A DNA stretch of 52,764 nucleotides from Candidatus Methanophagales archaeon (GCA_025435355.1 JANJFQ010000002.1:1-52764); one strand, 5' to 3'; shown: positions 34,304-44,474, counted from the first letter of the stretch. The notes: generated by a model from the sequence alone, not told the origin. Numbers and translations: made by a program.

Positions 34304-35293
34304 ATGTCAGTAAAGCAAAAAGGAGCCCATGCGGAGAGGGGAAGAGAAAGATATGACTATGACGTAATAGCCATAGGCGACGTGTTCTATGATATAGCCA
34401 CGCTGCCAGTCCGGGATTATCCGGAGCGCGACAAGCAGATAGGCTGTGAATTTATGCTCAGCATAGGAGGACAGGCGGGGAACTGCGCCGCCGCATGTGC
34501 TTCCCTGGAATTGAAAACTGCTCTCATTTGCAAAACAGGAAACGATATGCTTTCGAGATGGATAACGTCAGAGTTGCAAAAATCTTGTGTCCGCTGCTTC
34601 GCCACGACCTCCGAAAAAGAAGAGCTTCAGCATCCGGGGATAACGGTAAGCATATCCTTTGAAGACGGCAGCAGGTCTATGCTGTCCGATAGGGGAGCGA
34701 ATTTGGACTTGAAGGAAGAAGATATAGACTTTGAACTTCTGAGGAAAACAAGATTCTTGATGCGTGCCGGTCACTGGAACACAGCAGGTCTTTTTACATC
34801 AAACAAAAAAACACTCAGTTTTGCTAAATCCGCAGGTGTATATACCGGCGTAGATATCGGATGGAGCGCTTACCTTGGCTGGACAGCATCAGCAAGACAA
34901 ACCGTTTTTGATTTCCTTCCTTCTACTGATTTCCTTTTTGTTAACGAAGCGGAGATAAATGGGTTGAGGGGGGAGGGGAGAGAGGGGGGAAGAGAGTATG
35001 AATTATTAGAAAAAGGATGCAAAAACGTGATTGTTCATAGAGGTGCAAAGGGTTCATCGTGGATAACCAAAGATTTTGATATAAACTGTCCTGCGTTTAA
35101 CGTGAAGCCGATAAGCCCAACAGGTGTGGGGGATGTGTTCAACGCAGGTTTTATATTCGCCTTCTTGAGAGGAATGGAAGCAGAAGCATGTCTTAGATTT
35201 GCTAATGCCTGTGCTGCAATGCATATAAGTAAAAGAAGATTGGGAAACGTATTTCCTACAATGAAGGAAGTGGAGGTGTTATATAGGCAATAG
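34304..35293 (+). CDS. PfkB-family carbohydrate/nucleoside kinase
   Basis: Has GGQAGNCA near the N-terminus and the C-terminal PTGVGDVFNAGF PfkB signature. Confidence 0.8.
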   Translation: MSVKQKGAHAERGRERYDYDVIAIGDVFYDIATLPVRDYPERDKQIGCEFMLSIGGQAGNCAAACASLELKTALICKTGNDMLSRWITSELQKSCVRCFATTSEKEELQHPGITVSISFEDGSRSMLSDRGANLDLKEEDIDFELLRKTRFLMRAGHWNTAGLFTSNKKTLSFAKSAGVYTGVDIGWSAYLGWTASARQTVFDFLPSTDFLFVNEAEINGLRGEGREGGREYELLEKGCKNVIVHRGAKGSSWITKDFDINCPAFNVKPISPTGVGDVFNAGFIFAFLRGMEAEACLRFANACAAMHISKRRLGNVFPTMKEVEVLYRQ

Positions 35294-35327
35294 CCGGTAG
35301 GCAAATAGGCAATGGTGGGAGTCAGAA

Positions 35328-35822
35328 ATGGAGAAAGAGAAATTGATACCAAGGGCATTTTTTGTCACTTCCGGTGTTGGCATGGACTTCGAGCAGGCTA
35401 TCGCTTTTGACCTCGCTCTAAGGGATGCAGGCATAAGCGAATGCAATCTGGTAGAGGTTTCATCCATACTTCCTGCGAAAGCGGAGGAAATAGAGCGAAG
35501 CGCAGTGATGCTAACACCCGGAGAAATAACGTTCTGCGTGATGTCAAGAGCAGATGGTAACTCGGGCGAGGTTATTGGCGCTGGTATAGGATACGGCAGG
35601 ATAGGGAGAGAAAATGAGAATGGATTCGGTATCATCTGCGAGCATCATGGGCATTATTCACGGGAATTTCTGGTGGCGAAGATAAGCGAGAAGTTATATA
35701 AGATGGCTGAGACGCGGATTCATGATATGAAAATAGAGGGAAAGAAGTTAGAAGTAAAATCAGTAGAGGTAGAAGTGGGTAAATTCGGCTCGGCAGTAGT
35801 AGCACTGGTGTTTGTATTTTGA
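35328..35822 (+). CDS. pdaD: Pyruvoyl-dependent arginine decarboxylase
   Basis: 164 aa with FFVTSGVG and NLVEVSSILP (the self-cleavage Ser region). Size and pattern match archaeal PdaD. Confidence 0.85.
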   Translation: MEKEKLIPRAFFVTSGVGMDFEQAIAFDLALRDAGISECNLVEVSSILPAKAEEIERSAVMLTPGEITFCVMSRADGNSGEVIGAGIGYGRIGRENENGFGIICEHHGHYSREFLVAKISEKLYKMAETRIHDMKIEGKKLEVKSVEVEVGKFGSAVVALVFVF

Positions 35823-35902
35823 TTTGAGTGAAGGTTTAAATATCAATTAAGATATTTGACGTATAATTGTTTCTATTAACTGATAAGAGGTGAAGAGAGG
35901 AA

Positions 35903-36850
35903 GTGGACATAGAGGACTTACCAGGTGTTGGACCAGCAATAGCGGAGAAATTACGTGAAGCAGGTTTAAATTCGTTAGAAACGATAGCAGTGTCGTCTCC
36001 AGCGGAGTTGGTAGCAACCGCAGAGATAGGAGAAGCAACAGCAGCAAAGATAATAAATTCCGCGAGGGAAGCCGCGGACATTGGCGGATTTGAGACTGGT
36101 GATAAGATATTAGAAAGGAGACTGGGCGTAGGCAAGCTAACTACGGGTTCTAAATCTTTCGATGATTTATTTGGTGGTGGTCTTGAGACGCAAGCAATGA
36201 CCGAGTTTTATGGTGAATTCGGCAGTGGGAAGACGCAAATAGCACACCAACTCGCAGTAAATGTTCAGTTACCATCGGAGAAGGGTGGCTTAAACGGGTC
36301 TGCCGTAATGGTGGATACTGAGAATACGTTTAGACCAGAGAGAATAAAGGATATGGCAGAAGGTGCAGAACTTGATTACGAAGACGTTCTTAAAAATATA
36401 CACGTTGCGCGTGCATATAACTCAAATCACCAGATATTGCTGGTGGAGAAGGCGAAAGAGATGGCAGAGGACTTGAAGGGTACCGAAAAGCCGGTGCGGT
36501 TAATGATAATAGATTCGGCAACCGCGCATTTCAGAAGTGAATATGTAGGAAGGGGGACGCTGTCAGACAGGCAGCAAAAGATAAACAGGCATCTACACGA
36601 CGCTCTTAGGTTTTCAGACCTCAATAATGCGGTGGTAATGATAACTAACCAGGTGATGGTGAGACCGGACGCATTCTTCGGCGACCCTACAAGACCCATA
36701 GGTGGTCATATAGTTGGACATACCGCTACTTTCAGAATATACCTGCGTAAGTCGAAAGGAGAGAAGAGAATAGCAAGATTAGTCGACTCACCAAACCTGC
36801 CAGAAGCAGAGGCGGTATTCTCGGTGTCAAAGATAGGAATCAGAGATTAG
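35903..36850 (+). CDS. radA: DNA repair and recombination protein RadA
   Basis: Has the HhH N-terminus [18 protein letters not shown] and Walker [10 protein letters not shown]. It uses a GTG start and a TAG stop. Confidence 0.95.
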   Translation: MDIEDLPGVGPAIAEKLREAGLNSLETIAVSSPAELVATAEIGEATAAKIINSAREAADIGGFETGDKILERRLGVGKLTTGSKSFDDLFGGGLETQAMTEFYGEFGSGKTQIAHQLAVNVQLPSEKGGLNGSAVMVDTENTFRPERIKDMAEGAELDYEDVLKNIHVARAYNSNHQILLVEKAKEMAEDLKGTEKPVRLMIIDSATAHFRSEYVGRGTLSDRQQKINRHLHDALRFSDLNNAVVMITNQVMVRPDAFFGDPTRPIGGHIVGHTATFRIYLRKSKGEKRIARLVDSPNLPEAEAVFSVSKIGIRD

Positions 36851-36855
36851 CAAGC

Positions 36856-37428
36856 TTATTCACTTTCCGTTCCCGTTTCTTCTTTGCAAGTCTCGCACAT
36901 CATCACCCCTTCATTCATTTCCAGGTAATGTGAGAAGCTTCCGCATTTTTCGCATATACCCTGCCCCCCTCCTTCTCCTTCACTCCCTGCTCCCATTATA
37001 TCTCTCTCCACGTGCATCTCTATTAATTCCGCCAGTATCGAGTTCATCTGCGACGAGACAGAGAGTATATCCACATCAGCTACTATGCCCACCAACTTGC
37101 CATCCTCTATGATTGGCAGCTTTCTTATCTTCTTCGCCGCCATTTTCTTCACTGTATCCGAGAGGCGATCGTCCGGAGACGCTGCTATCAAGGGTGACGT
37201 CATTACGTCCTTCAGTTTCACAGTGCTTGGCGTTGTGTCCTTGCTTACCAACTCGCTAATTATATCCCCCTGTGTAACTATTCCTACTGGCTCCCCATTG
37301 TTAAGCACAACAATGCTGTCCACATCGTGTTTCATCATTATCCTCGCCGCTTCCTTCACGTTTAAGTCCATATCTCCTTTCACTACCTCTTGCACCATTA
37401 TATCCCTCAGCGGTATATCTGTCTCCAT
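36856..37428 (-). CDS. CBS-domain pair protein with a C-terminal zinc ribbon
   Basis: Has two CBS repeats (IMVQEVVKG..., VMTSPLIAASPDD...) and the C-terminal CEKCGS...CETCKEE. Confidence 0.8.
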   Translation of the reverse strand: METDIPLRDIMVQEVVKGDMDLNVKEAARIMMKHDVDSIVVLNNGEPVGIVTQGDIISELVSKDTTPSTVKLKDVMTSPLIAASPDDRLSDTVKKMAAKKIRKLPIIEDGKLVGIVADVDILSVSSQMNSILAELIEMHVERDIMGAGSEGEGGGQGICEKCGSFSHYLEMNEGVMMCETCKEETGTESE

Positions 37429-37478
37429 TTTTTATCTCCCACTAATTATAATATTTGTAGTATGATTTAAATATTATT

Positions 37479-38732
37479 GTGGGTATGGGAATGAAATACG
37501 TGATTTTAATAGGGGATGGGATGGCGGATTATCCGATTCCTGAGCGAGGCAACAAGACGGCTTTACAGATTGCAAATACGTCGAATCTCGATTTCATCGC
37601 TACTGCTGGCATGTGTGGCGTGGTAAAGACAATACCCGGGGGGATGGACGCTGGAAGTGATATTGCCGCACTATCCATTCTTGGATACGACCCCGCGAGA
37701 TATTATACGGGCAGGGGTCCGTTGGAAGCAATGGGAATGCGCATACCCCTCGATGAGGGCGATATCGCGTTCCGGTGCAATCTCATAACAGAGAAAGGAG
37801 GGAGAATGGGGGATTACAGTGGCGGGCATATAACAACCGAGGAGGCGAGGTGGTTAATAGAAGCACTTAATGAAGAATTTAATGGAGAAGGAATTGAGTT
37901 TTATCCCGGCATTAGCTATCGAAATGTTCTGGTTCTCAAATCAAAATCTATAAGTTTTGGAGAGGGAGAAATAGAGATGGGTGGCACACCCCCGCATGAC
38001 ATAATTGGTGCGCAAGTGGAAGAGGAGCTACCAGAGGATGAATTATTAAGGCATATTATCCTTACATCGAAGAAGATCCTGGATGCCCACGAGATAAATG
38101 TGAGAAGGGTGGCGAATAACCAAAGGAAGGCGAATATGGTATGGCTGTGGAGCGGTGGCAGGAAGCCCGTAATGCCCGCGTTCCGCGAGCTGTATGGAGT
38201 AAGTGGTTCGGTGATTTCGGGTGTTTATCTCGTAAAAGGAGTTGGAAGGTGCATGGGTTTAGATGTGATAGATGTGCCGGGCGCTACCGGGTATATTGAC
38301 ACGAATTATGAGGGAAAAGCGGAATATGCAATTAAGAGTTTAAAGGATAAGGATTTTGTTCTGGTTCACGTAGAAGCGCCGGATGAGGCAGCGCATCTCG
38401 GTGATATAGACATGAAAGTGAAAACGATAGAGGATTTCGATGCGCTGGTGGTGGGTAAGGTGTTGAGAGGGTTAGAAGATGAATTTACGGATACTGATGA
38501 GGGCTATAAAGTATTAGCCTTGCCTGACCACTACACGCCTGTGTCGTTGAAGGTGCATACAAAAGAGGCAGTGCCTTTTGCAATTTATCATTCGCACCAC
38601 AGGAGGAGCAGCAAAGAGAGAAGTGATAAAAAGACGGTCGAATTTGACGAAATATCAGCGAAGGATGGTCGTCAGTTGGAAGCACGGGATTTGATGCCTC
38701 TTTTCTTTAGCAAGCACTTTTCTTTCTCTTAA
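37479..38732 (+). CDS. apgM: Cofactor-independent phosphoglycerate mutase, archaeal type (ApgM)
   Basis: Motifs are KYVILIGDGMADYP, VEAPDEAAH and LALPDHYTP. Confidence 0.9.
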   Translation: MGMGMKYVILIGDGMADYPIPERGNKTALQIANTSNLDFIATAGMCGVVKTIPGGMDAGSDIAALSILGYDPARYYTGRGPLEAMGMRIPLDEGDIAFRCNLITEKGGRMGDYSGGHITTEEARWLIEALNEEFNGEGIEFYPGISYRNVLVLKSKSISFGEGEIEMGGTPPHDIIGAQVEEELPEDELLRHIILTSKKILDAHEINVRRVANNQRKANMVWLWSGGRKPVMPAFRELYGVSGSVISGVYLVKGVGRCMGLDVIDVPGATGYIDTNYEGKAEYAIKSLKDKDFVLVHVEAPDEAAHLGDIDMKVKTIEDFDALVVGKVLRGLEDEFTDTDEGYKVLALPDHYTPVSLKVHTKEAVPFAIYHSHHRRSSKERSDKKTVEFDEISAKDGRQLEARDLMPLFFSKHFSFS

Positions 38733-38781
38733 GGAAAAGGGTTTAATTTAATAAAATGCGATGCATGACATTAATTAAGTC

Positions 38782-39786
38782 ATGGAGAAATCCGGCAATC
38801 GCAACCTGAACCAGGGCACGGATAGCTATGTAAATATTTTTGAAGATGCGTATAAGAGGAAGTTAGATGGAAGAGAGCCCGATACGCTTTATAAGCCCAT
38901 AATTGATCTGTTAGGAAGAGGGGGGAAGAGGTTAAGACCTTCGTTATGCCTCATGGCTTGCGAGTTGGTAGGAGGCGATATAAAAAAGGCGATACCAACA
39001 GCGATATGTATCGAGTTCTTCCATAATTTCTCTCTGGTCCACGATGACATAGAGGACGGGAGCGAGCTAAGACGTGGAGAACCGGCTTTGCATATAAAAT
39101 ATGGGGTTTCTATTGCGGTGAATGCGGGAGATGGACTATACGCTTTGTGTTACGGAGCGTTGAGGGAGAGCGAGAGATTGCTGGGCGTGCAGAGGGCGTG
39201 GAGGATATTCGAAGAGATTGCAGAGCTTAGTGTTGTGCTTGTAGAGGGGCAAGCGATGGACCTTGAGTTCAAGGATAGAAGGGAGATGAGCGAGTCTGAA
39301 GTAATAGAGATGCTGAGGAAAAAGACCGCGAGACTATTTGCGGTTTCCGCTAAATGCGGTGCTATTGCCGGTGGCGCATCGAACAAAGTAGCGGAGAAAT
39401 TAGGCAGTGCCTGGGAAGATATTGGAATTGCATTCCAGATAAGAGACGATATTCTTAACGTGGTAGGGGAAGAGGAGAAATATGGGAAGAGGATAGGAGG
39501 GGATATTGCAGAAGGGAAACCCACTTTGCTTCTCATTAACTGCTTAGAGCAGTGTGAATTGGACGAAAAGGAAAAGATATATTCCTGTTTTCATAATTAC
39601 GATAAACAAAAAATAGAAGAAGTAGTTAATTTGTTCAGGGAGTATGGTTCGATAGATTATTCAGAGGAGATAGCGATGCGATACTTGCGCGTGGGAACAG
39701 ATAAGATAAGAGAAATAGAAGGTAAAGAAGAGATAAAGGAGCGTATGGTGAGTTTGGCGAAATATTTTGTGGAAAGAGAGAAGTGA
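38782..39786 (+). CDS. Second polyprenyl diphosphate synthase paralog
   Basis: Motifs are LVHDDIEDGSELRRG and FQIRDDILN. Confidence 0.85.
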   Translation: MEKSGNRNLNQGTDSYVNIFEDAYKRKLDGREPDTLYKPIIDLLGRGGKRLRPSLCLMACELVGGDIKKAIPTAICIEFFHNFSLVHDDIEDGSELRRGEPALHIKYGVSIAVNAGDGLYALCYGALRESERLLGVQRAWRIFEEIAELSVVLVEGQAMDLEFKDRREMSESEVIEMLRKKTARLFAVSAKCGAIAGGASNKVAEKLGSAWEDIGIAFQIRDDILNVVGEEEKYGKRIGGDIAEGKPTLLLINCLEQCELDEKEKIYSCFHNYDKQKIEEVVNLFREYGSIDYSEEIAMRYLRVGTDKIREIEGKEEIKERMVSLAKYFVEREK

Positions 39787-39825
39787 AGATAAGGATGAAA
39801 GAGAATAGAGGCGAGGAGAGAGGAA

Positions 39826-39981
39826 ATGGAGAGAAATAAGGATAAGCGATTCGGAAGAGGTGCAAACGCTTGTAGGCGATGCGGTAGGAGACGGGGACTG
39901 GTCCGTAGATACGGGATTTATCTGTGCAGGCAGTGCTTCAGGGAGATAGCGAGGGAGATAGGATTTAAGAAGTATAATTAG
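39826..39981 (+). CDS. rps14: 30S ribosomal protein uS14 (zinc-ribbon type); not in the ORF track (<60 aa)
   Basis: The 51-aa product is [51 protein letters not shown]. It has the CxxC...CxxC pattern, a purine-rich SD upstream and a TAG stop. Confidence 0.85.
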   Translation: MERNKDKRFGRGANACRRCGRRRGLVRRYGIYLCRQCFREIAREIGFKKYN

Positions 39982-40074
39982 CAAACCTTCTTGGAAAAGA
40001 AAGTTTGAATAATGAAACAAGTTTTATATTATTGAGATTCTTTTATGACCTAAAAAGATATAAGGAGAAAAAGA

Positions 40075-40467
40075 ATGTCGTTAAACGATCCGCTTGCAGA
40101 TGCTTTTTCGCACATAAAGAATACGGAAAGAGTCGGGAAGATGGAATGCACGATAAAACCCGCTTCAAAGCTGATAGGGAACGTGCTGGGAGTAATGCAA
40201 GAAGGCGGCTACATAGAGGAATTTGAATTCGTAGAAGATGGAAAAGCGGGTCTCTTTAAGGTGAAGCTTTGTGGTAAGATAAACAATTGCAATGCGATAA
40301 AGCCGAGGTTTTACGTTCGTGTGAAGGAATACGAGAAATGGGAGAAGCGGTTTTTACCTGCGAGGGATTTTGGTCTGTTGATAGTTACGACTCCAAAGGG
40401 TGTAATGTCGCATGAAAAAGCGATTGAAGTAGGGTCAGGGGGGCAATTGCTGGCTTTTGTATATTAA
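40075..40467 (+). CDS. rps8: 30S ribosomal protein uS8
   Basis: Begins [18 protein letters not shown] and ends GGQLLAFVY. Confidence 0.95.
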   Translation: MSLNDPLADAFSHIKNTERVGKMECTIKPASKLIGNVLGVMQEGGYIEEFEFVEDGKAGLFKVKLCGKINNCNAIKPRFYVRVKEYEKWEKRFLPARDFGLLIVTTPKGVMSHEKAIEVGSGGQLLAFVY

Positions 40468-40469
40468 AT

Positions 40470-40492
40470 CAAACCTTTTAGAAAAAGGTTTG
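40470..40492 (+). terminator. Perfect 10-bp-stem hairpin immediately after the rps8 stop
   Basis: The sequence is caaacctttt-aga-aaaaggtttg, with a T-rich stretch following. Function as a terminator is inferred only. Confidence 0.35.
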
Positions 40493-40646
40493 ATGGTAAA
40501 GCTTTTCTTTATAAGAAAAAAAGTGCAACGAGTTTTTCTATTATTTCCGTTACTCATCCAGAATCACCACAACAGGCATCAAATTTTCATCGTAAAAAGC
40601 GATTTCATGCGACCTCGTTATACTGCTCCACGTAATCCTGTATCCA

Positions 40647-41567
40647 TCATACCTCATACCTTCCATAATTCAACGTAATCATACCAGAGATTCCGAACTC
40701 AGCGAGCAGCGCTAAGTCTTCTTTTTCAAGTGCTTTTTCCTTAACAGGCGGAACTGGCTTCGTCCTTCTGCAAATTATCCTTCCTTCAGCCATTTTAGCA
40801 CCTACAAAACCCTTACATTTACCCTTCACGAACACAACACCTTTTCTCATCTCCACACCCAAAAATTCATCTACATCGCCCAATATTACAACTTTACCGC
40901 CATTAAGCAAAGCAGCAGCGTTCAGCCCGGCATTACCCTCTATTAATACGAATCCTTTCCGCATCAATATGCCGGCGCTTATCCCAACATCTCCTTTTAC
41001 ATGGACGCATATCTCTTCTCTACAATTGCAACGAGCAGCAAGCGTGCTTCTCAAAATTCTGTCAGTAAGAAGCAGCTTCCCTTCTTTAAACTCGTTAGGC
41101 TCAAGTATGCTCTTCATTTCCTTCTCTTCGGGATGATGCAAGAGCCACGTTATCGAAACAAATTTCTTATATCCTTCCAAATCGGTTTTTACTTGCACCA
41201 CGTTGCCAAGAGGTTCTTTAACTTCGCCCGTAACGTAAATAGCACCTGAAAGCATACTCATCCCAAGATAAGAGCCTGCAGTTCCGTCCACTATTATTGA
41301 CCCTGCTTCGGGTAGCTCCTTTCCACAGCCACCGAAAAAAACGAGGTCAACACCCAAACTTGAACCAAGCCTCTTGCCCACATCTCCCTTAATATGCACG
41401 TCTTCACCGTTTTTCAACGCATCCACTACATCTTCATACGAATAACTCGTGCCGAGTTGAGAAGGGATTGCATCGGTAGGATTGAGCTTTGCTCCCCTGT
41501 GCTGCCAGAAGAAATCATAAGTGAAGTCACCGATACAGTCTTGAGGCGAACTCAGTTTTAGTTCCAT
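40647..41567 (-). CDS. GXGXG-motif protein (FwdC/FmdC / GltB C-terminal domain family)
   Basis: Has repeated beta-helix motifs GDVGKRLGSSLG, GTAGSYLGMSMLSGAIYVTG, GDVGISAGILMRKGFVLIEG and GDVDEFLGVEMRKGVVFVKG. No fwdA/B/D lies adjacent. Confidence 0.6.
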   Translation of the reverse strand: MELKLSSPQDCIGDFTYDFFWQHRGAKLNPTDAIPSQLGTSYSYEDVVDALKNGEDVHIKGDVGKRLGSSLGVDLVFFGGCGKELPEAGSIIVDGTAGSYLGMSMLSGAIYVTGEVKEPLGNVVQVKTDLEGYKKFVSITWLLHHPEEKEMKSILEPNEFKEGKLLLTDRILRSTLAARCNCREEICVHVKGDVGISAGILMRKGFVLIEGNAGLNAAALLNGGKVVILGDVDEFLGVEMRKGVVFVKGKCKGFVGAKMAEGRIICRRTKPVPPVKEKALEKEDLALLAEFGISGMITLNYGRYEV

Positions 41568-41584
41568 TTCTATTACTTGAATTT

Positions 41585-42496
41585 ATGTTCTACTTTACTA
41601 AAGGTAGTGTTATGAGTAGGAAAGCCCAAGTGAAAAAAATGACTTTTTCGGAAGAAGGAGAAGAGGGTGATCGCAAGAAATTCGAAGCGGAGTATATTTC
41701 GTGGATGGAGCTTGCAGCAAGGGAAATTGCAGAAACGTTAAAGAAGCTCGACGTGAATGAAATAACTAAAATTGTCGAATTTTACGAAAAAAGTCTCGAG
41801 CATCCAGCTTCGATGCACCTGCCACTTGAAAAGGGCGAGGAAGAAGCAATTGAAAAATCCGTTGGCAAAAGTCGTGTCAAGAATACCATTTTGCTAAAAA
41901 CAAAAGCCCTTATTTTCGCACCCTCTATTTTAGCACCTTCCACAAGTTCCTTAGATTATGGCACTGCAATGCATCGCAGGTTTTTCCTCCGGGGGTTGTG
42001 GTTTTCCATCATAGCGTTGAACGAAGCTTACATTAAATCGGCGACTGAGTCCATGCTTAGATACATGCTCGAACACGAACTCGCTCAGGGCGAGATATAC
42101 AAAGAATTAGCTGCGCAGCACGTTAAAATCCTCAACTCGGAGATGAAAGGCGTGGTCCATGAAGAAGCGAGGGTAAAAGCGATACAACGGTCTGCCATTT
42201 CTGCGGATGAACTCGAACGAGAAAAGCAGTTGATTCTTGACCTTTCTGCTCAATTTCCACTGGTTCCCGTGCATTTCGCATCCGCATCGCTTTTCAAATA
42301 TTTGGAGGAGCATTGGGAAGAAGTAAAGCGGTTTGGACTTGCCAGCCAGAACGAGATAGAAAAAGAATTGGAGCTTTCGGCAGAAAAATTCGCCGATTGG
42401 GCTGATTCTTCCCGTGATTTTTTTAAAGCGTTTCTAAAAGAGTTGCGAAGAGAAATAACCATGACGGGAGCGGAATATGGCATCGAAATCGTGTAG
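41585..42496 (+). CDS. Hypothetical protein, 303 aa
   Basis: A long ORF that is helical and charged, with no motif I recognise. Confidence 0.5.
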   Translation: MFYFTKGSVMSRKAQVKKMTFSEEGEEGDRKKFEAEYISWMELAAREIAETLKKLDVNEITKIVEFYEKSLEHPASMHLPLEKGEEEAIEKSVGKSRVKNTILLKTKALIFAPSILAPSTSSLDYGTAMHRRFFLRGLWFSIIALNEAYIKSATESMLRYMLEHELAQGEIYKELAAQHVKILNSEMKGVVHEEARVKAIQRSAISADELEREKQLILDLSAQFPLVPVHFASASLFKYLEEHWEEVKRFGLASQNEIEKELELSAEKFADWADSSRDFFKAFLKELRREITMTGAEYGIEIV

Positions 42497-42602
42497 CAAT
42501 ACTTTTTCTTTTCATTTCCGCTAAACAACAAAAAACAATTACTTTTATATACTCTTTCAAATATACTTCACTTCGACGTGATATAAAAAGGATTAAAAAG
42601 AG

Positions 42603-42947
42603 GTGATAGAAGAAGATATGAAATCGAAATACGTGTTTGCATTTACGCTTTGCTTGCTCTTGTTCTTCACAGGAGTAGGAGTTGCGTCTGCAGCAGAAGA
42701 GGACACAGCGGCAGCAGCGACTGGAGGAGTCACCGATAGCGCGTGGATAGCAATATCAGCAGGTATTGCAATGGCCGGGGCTGCACTTGGTGCAGGCTGG
42801 GCAATATCAGCTACCGGAGTAGCAGCAGCTGGAGCTACGGCGGAGAAGCCCGAAGTGTTTGGTCGTGTGCTGATTTTCGTTGCGCTCGCAGAAGCGATTG
42901 CTATATATGGGCTTTTGATTGCGTTCATGCTCTGGACGAAGATATAA
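42603..42947 (+). CDS. A/V-type ATPase proteolipid (subunit K/c)-like protein with a signal-peptide-like N-terminal extension
   Basis: Has a Gly/Ala-rich helical hairpin ([23 protein letters not shown] ... [21 protein letters not shown]) with the conserved carboxylate in LAEAIAIYG. It is preceded by [22 protein letters not shown]. Confidence 0.7.
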   Translation: MIEEDMKSKYVFAFTLCLLLFFTGVGVASAAEEDTAAAATGGVTDSAWIAISAGIAMAGAALGAGWAISATGVAAAGATAEKPEVFGRVLIFVALAEAIAIYGLLIAFMLWTKI

Positions 42948-42977
42948 TAACGATAAAAGTAGAATGTAAAGAGTACA

Positions 42978-43219
42978 TGCAAAATGAGAATGATGAAGGG
43001 CTGCTTGAGACGGTAAGGGGGAAGTTTAGGACTAATATTCTCTTGCAGGCTCTCCCATATGCCTTTCTTATTTCTGCTCTTACTATACTCGGCTTGTTTG
43101 GTGGTTTTGCGCTTGGTAAAGGATTAGGAAGCAGTATAGCAGGCTTCGTCTTCTCTCTCTCTTTCTCTTTTCTCGGCTTCTTCCTCGGGTTACTTATTTC
43201 CTACTTCATCGTGAAGTAG
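42978..43219 (+). CDS. Small two-TM membrane protein (80 aa) downstream of the c-subunit-like gene
   Basis: The ATG at 42978 gives MQNENDEGLLETVRGKFRTNILLQALPYAFLISALTILGLFGGFALGKGLGSSIAGFVFSLSFSFLGFFLGLLISYFIVK. Confidence 0.35.
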
Positions 43220-43259
43220 GTGCGCTATTGGTCAATGAAAACTGTAGAATGCAAAGTAA

Positions 43260-44474
43260 TCACCTGTTCAACCGCACATGCGCTTCTGCCAGATGCCTTG
43301 CACCTAAAGCTCCTATTAGTGATATTTCCCCTGCGAGTACCGCAGCACCAACTATCTCTGCGAATTTTGTGGCATTTGAACCGGGAGGCTCGCCAGCGCC
43401 ATAAACACCGATTATCTCCAATGCTTCTCTTTGCGTGCCTAAAGCGGTTCCACCACCCACGGTGCCCACTTGCAACGAAGGTATAGTAACAGAGAAGATA
43501 AGGTCGCCTTCTTCGGTAAGCTCCGCGGTAGTGAAGCCTTGCGAGCCCTCAACCACGTGAGCGGCATCCTGTCCGGTTGCAATGTATATGGCTGCAATAA
43601 CATTAGCGAACTGAGCATTGAACCCATAAGAAGCAGCTAAGGCACTACCTATCAAACATTTTCGATAGACGATGTCAGCCATTGCCTCCGGTGAAGTCTT
43701 CAGCACTTCTTTTATCACGTCACGAGTCAAAACGACTTCAGAAATCACTGTTTTTCCTCTACCCATGATGAGATTCAACGCGGACGACTTCTTATCCACG
43801 CACATATTCCCGCTAAGTGCGACATGCTTTAGCCCTGATTCGATTTCTAAAAACTTGATAGCCTCGTCAGTGGCAATAGTAGCCATGTTCATGCCCATTG
43901 CATCACCTGTTTTATAAACGAATCTTACAAACAGATTTCGACCCACAATCCAGGTTTGGATCCCCTCTAATTTTAAAAACTTCGATGTAGATTCTGCTAT
44001 TTCCTTTAGTTTATCCTTGCTGCGATTTATAAAGTTCAAAGCTTCTCTTGCATGACCGGCATTTCGCGCCTTTAAAACAGGTGCTCTCGCCATTCCATCC
44101 TGTATAACGAATGAAATTGCTCCTCCCGATTTATTTATCGTAGTGCATCCTCTGCTGATGGATGCAACAAGAGCGCCTTCTGTCGTTGCAAGTGGGATGT
44201 AATACAATCCATCAGCGAAGCCACCTTTCACCTGAACAGGTCCTGCAACACCCATTGGAACCTGCGCAACGCCGATAAAATTCTCTATGTTCGCTTTCAT
44301 CGCTCTTTCTGCATCTATGGAGAAAACCCCTGTATTTTTCAACTTTTTTACAGTCAGAACTTCCAAAGCTCGCCTTCTCAGCTCAGTAGCTTTCCTTGCG
44401 TCTACATGCTTTTCCACCTCGTGAAACTTCACTTCACGCTTAACGATTTTATCTATTAGTCCGGGGTCTTCCAT
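43260..44474 (-). CDS. hmgA: Class I HMG-CoA reductase
   Basis: Motifs are TTEGALVASISRGC, GDAMGMNM, KKSSALN and GTVGGGT. Confidence 0.95.
   Translation of the reverse strand: MEDPGLIDKIVKREVKFHEVEKHVDARKATELRRRALEVLTVKKLKNTGVFSIDAERAMKANIENFIGVAQVPMGVAGPVQVKGGFADGLYYIPLATTEGALVASISRGCTTINKSGGAISFVIQDGMARAPVLKARNAGHAREALNFINRSKDKLKEIAESTSKFLKLEGIQTWIVGRNLFVRFVYKTGDAMGMNMATIATDEAIKFLEIESGLKHVALSGNMCVDKKSSALNLIMGRGKTVISEVVLTRDVIKEVLKTSPEAMADIVYRKCLIGSALAASYGFNAQFANVIAAIYIATGQDAAHVVEGSQGFTTAELTEEGDLIFSVTIPSLQVGTVGGGTALGTQREALEIIGVYGAGEPPGSNATKFAEIVGAAVLAGEISLIGALGARHLAEAHVRLNR

Noticed and set aside
40457-40678. 73-aa plus-strand ORF after rps8, and the ORFs at 40005-40226 and 43220-43486.
   Set aside because: They overlap the rps8 terminator hairpin, rps8 itself, or the 3' end of hmgA on the other strand, and have no motifs. 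They are likely spurious.
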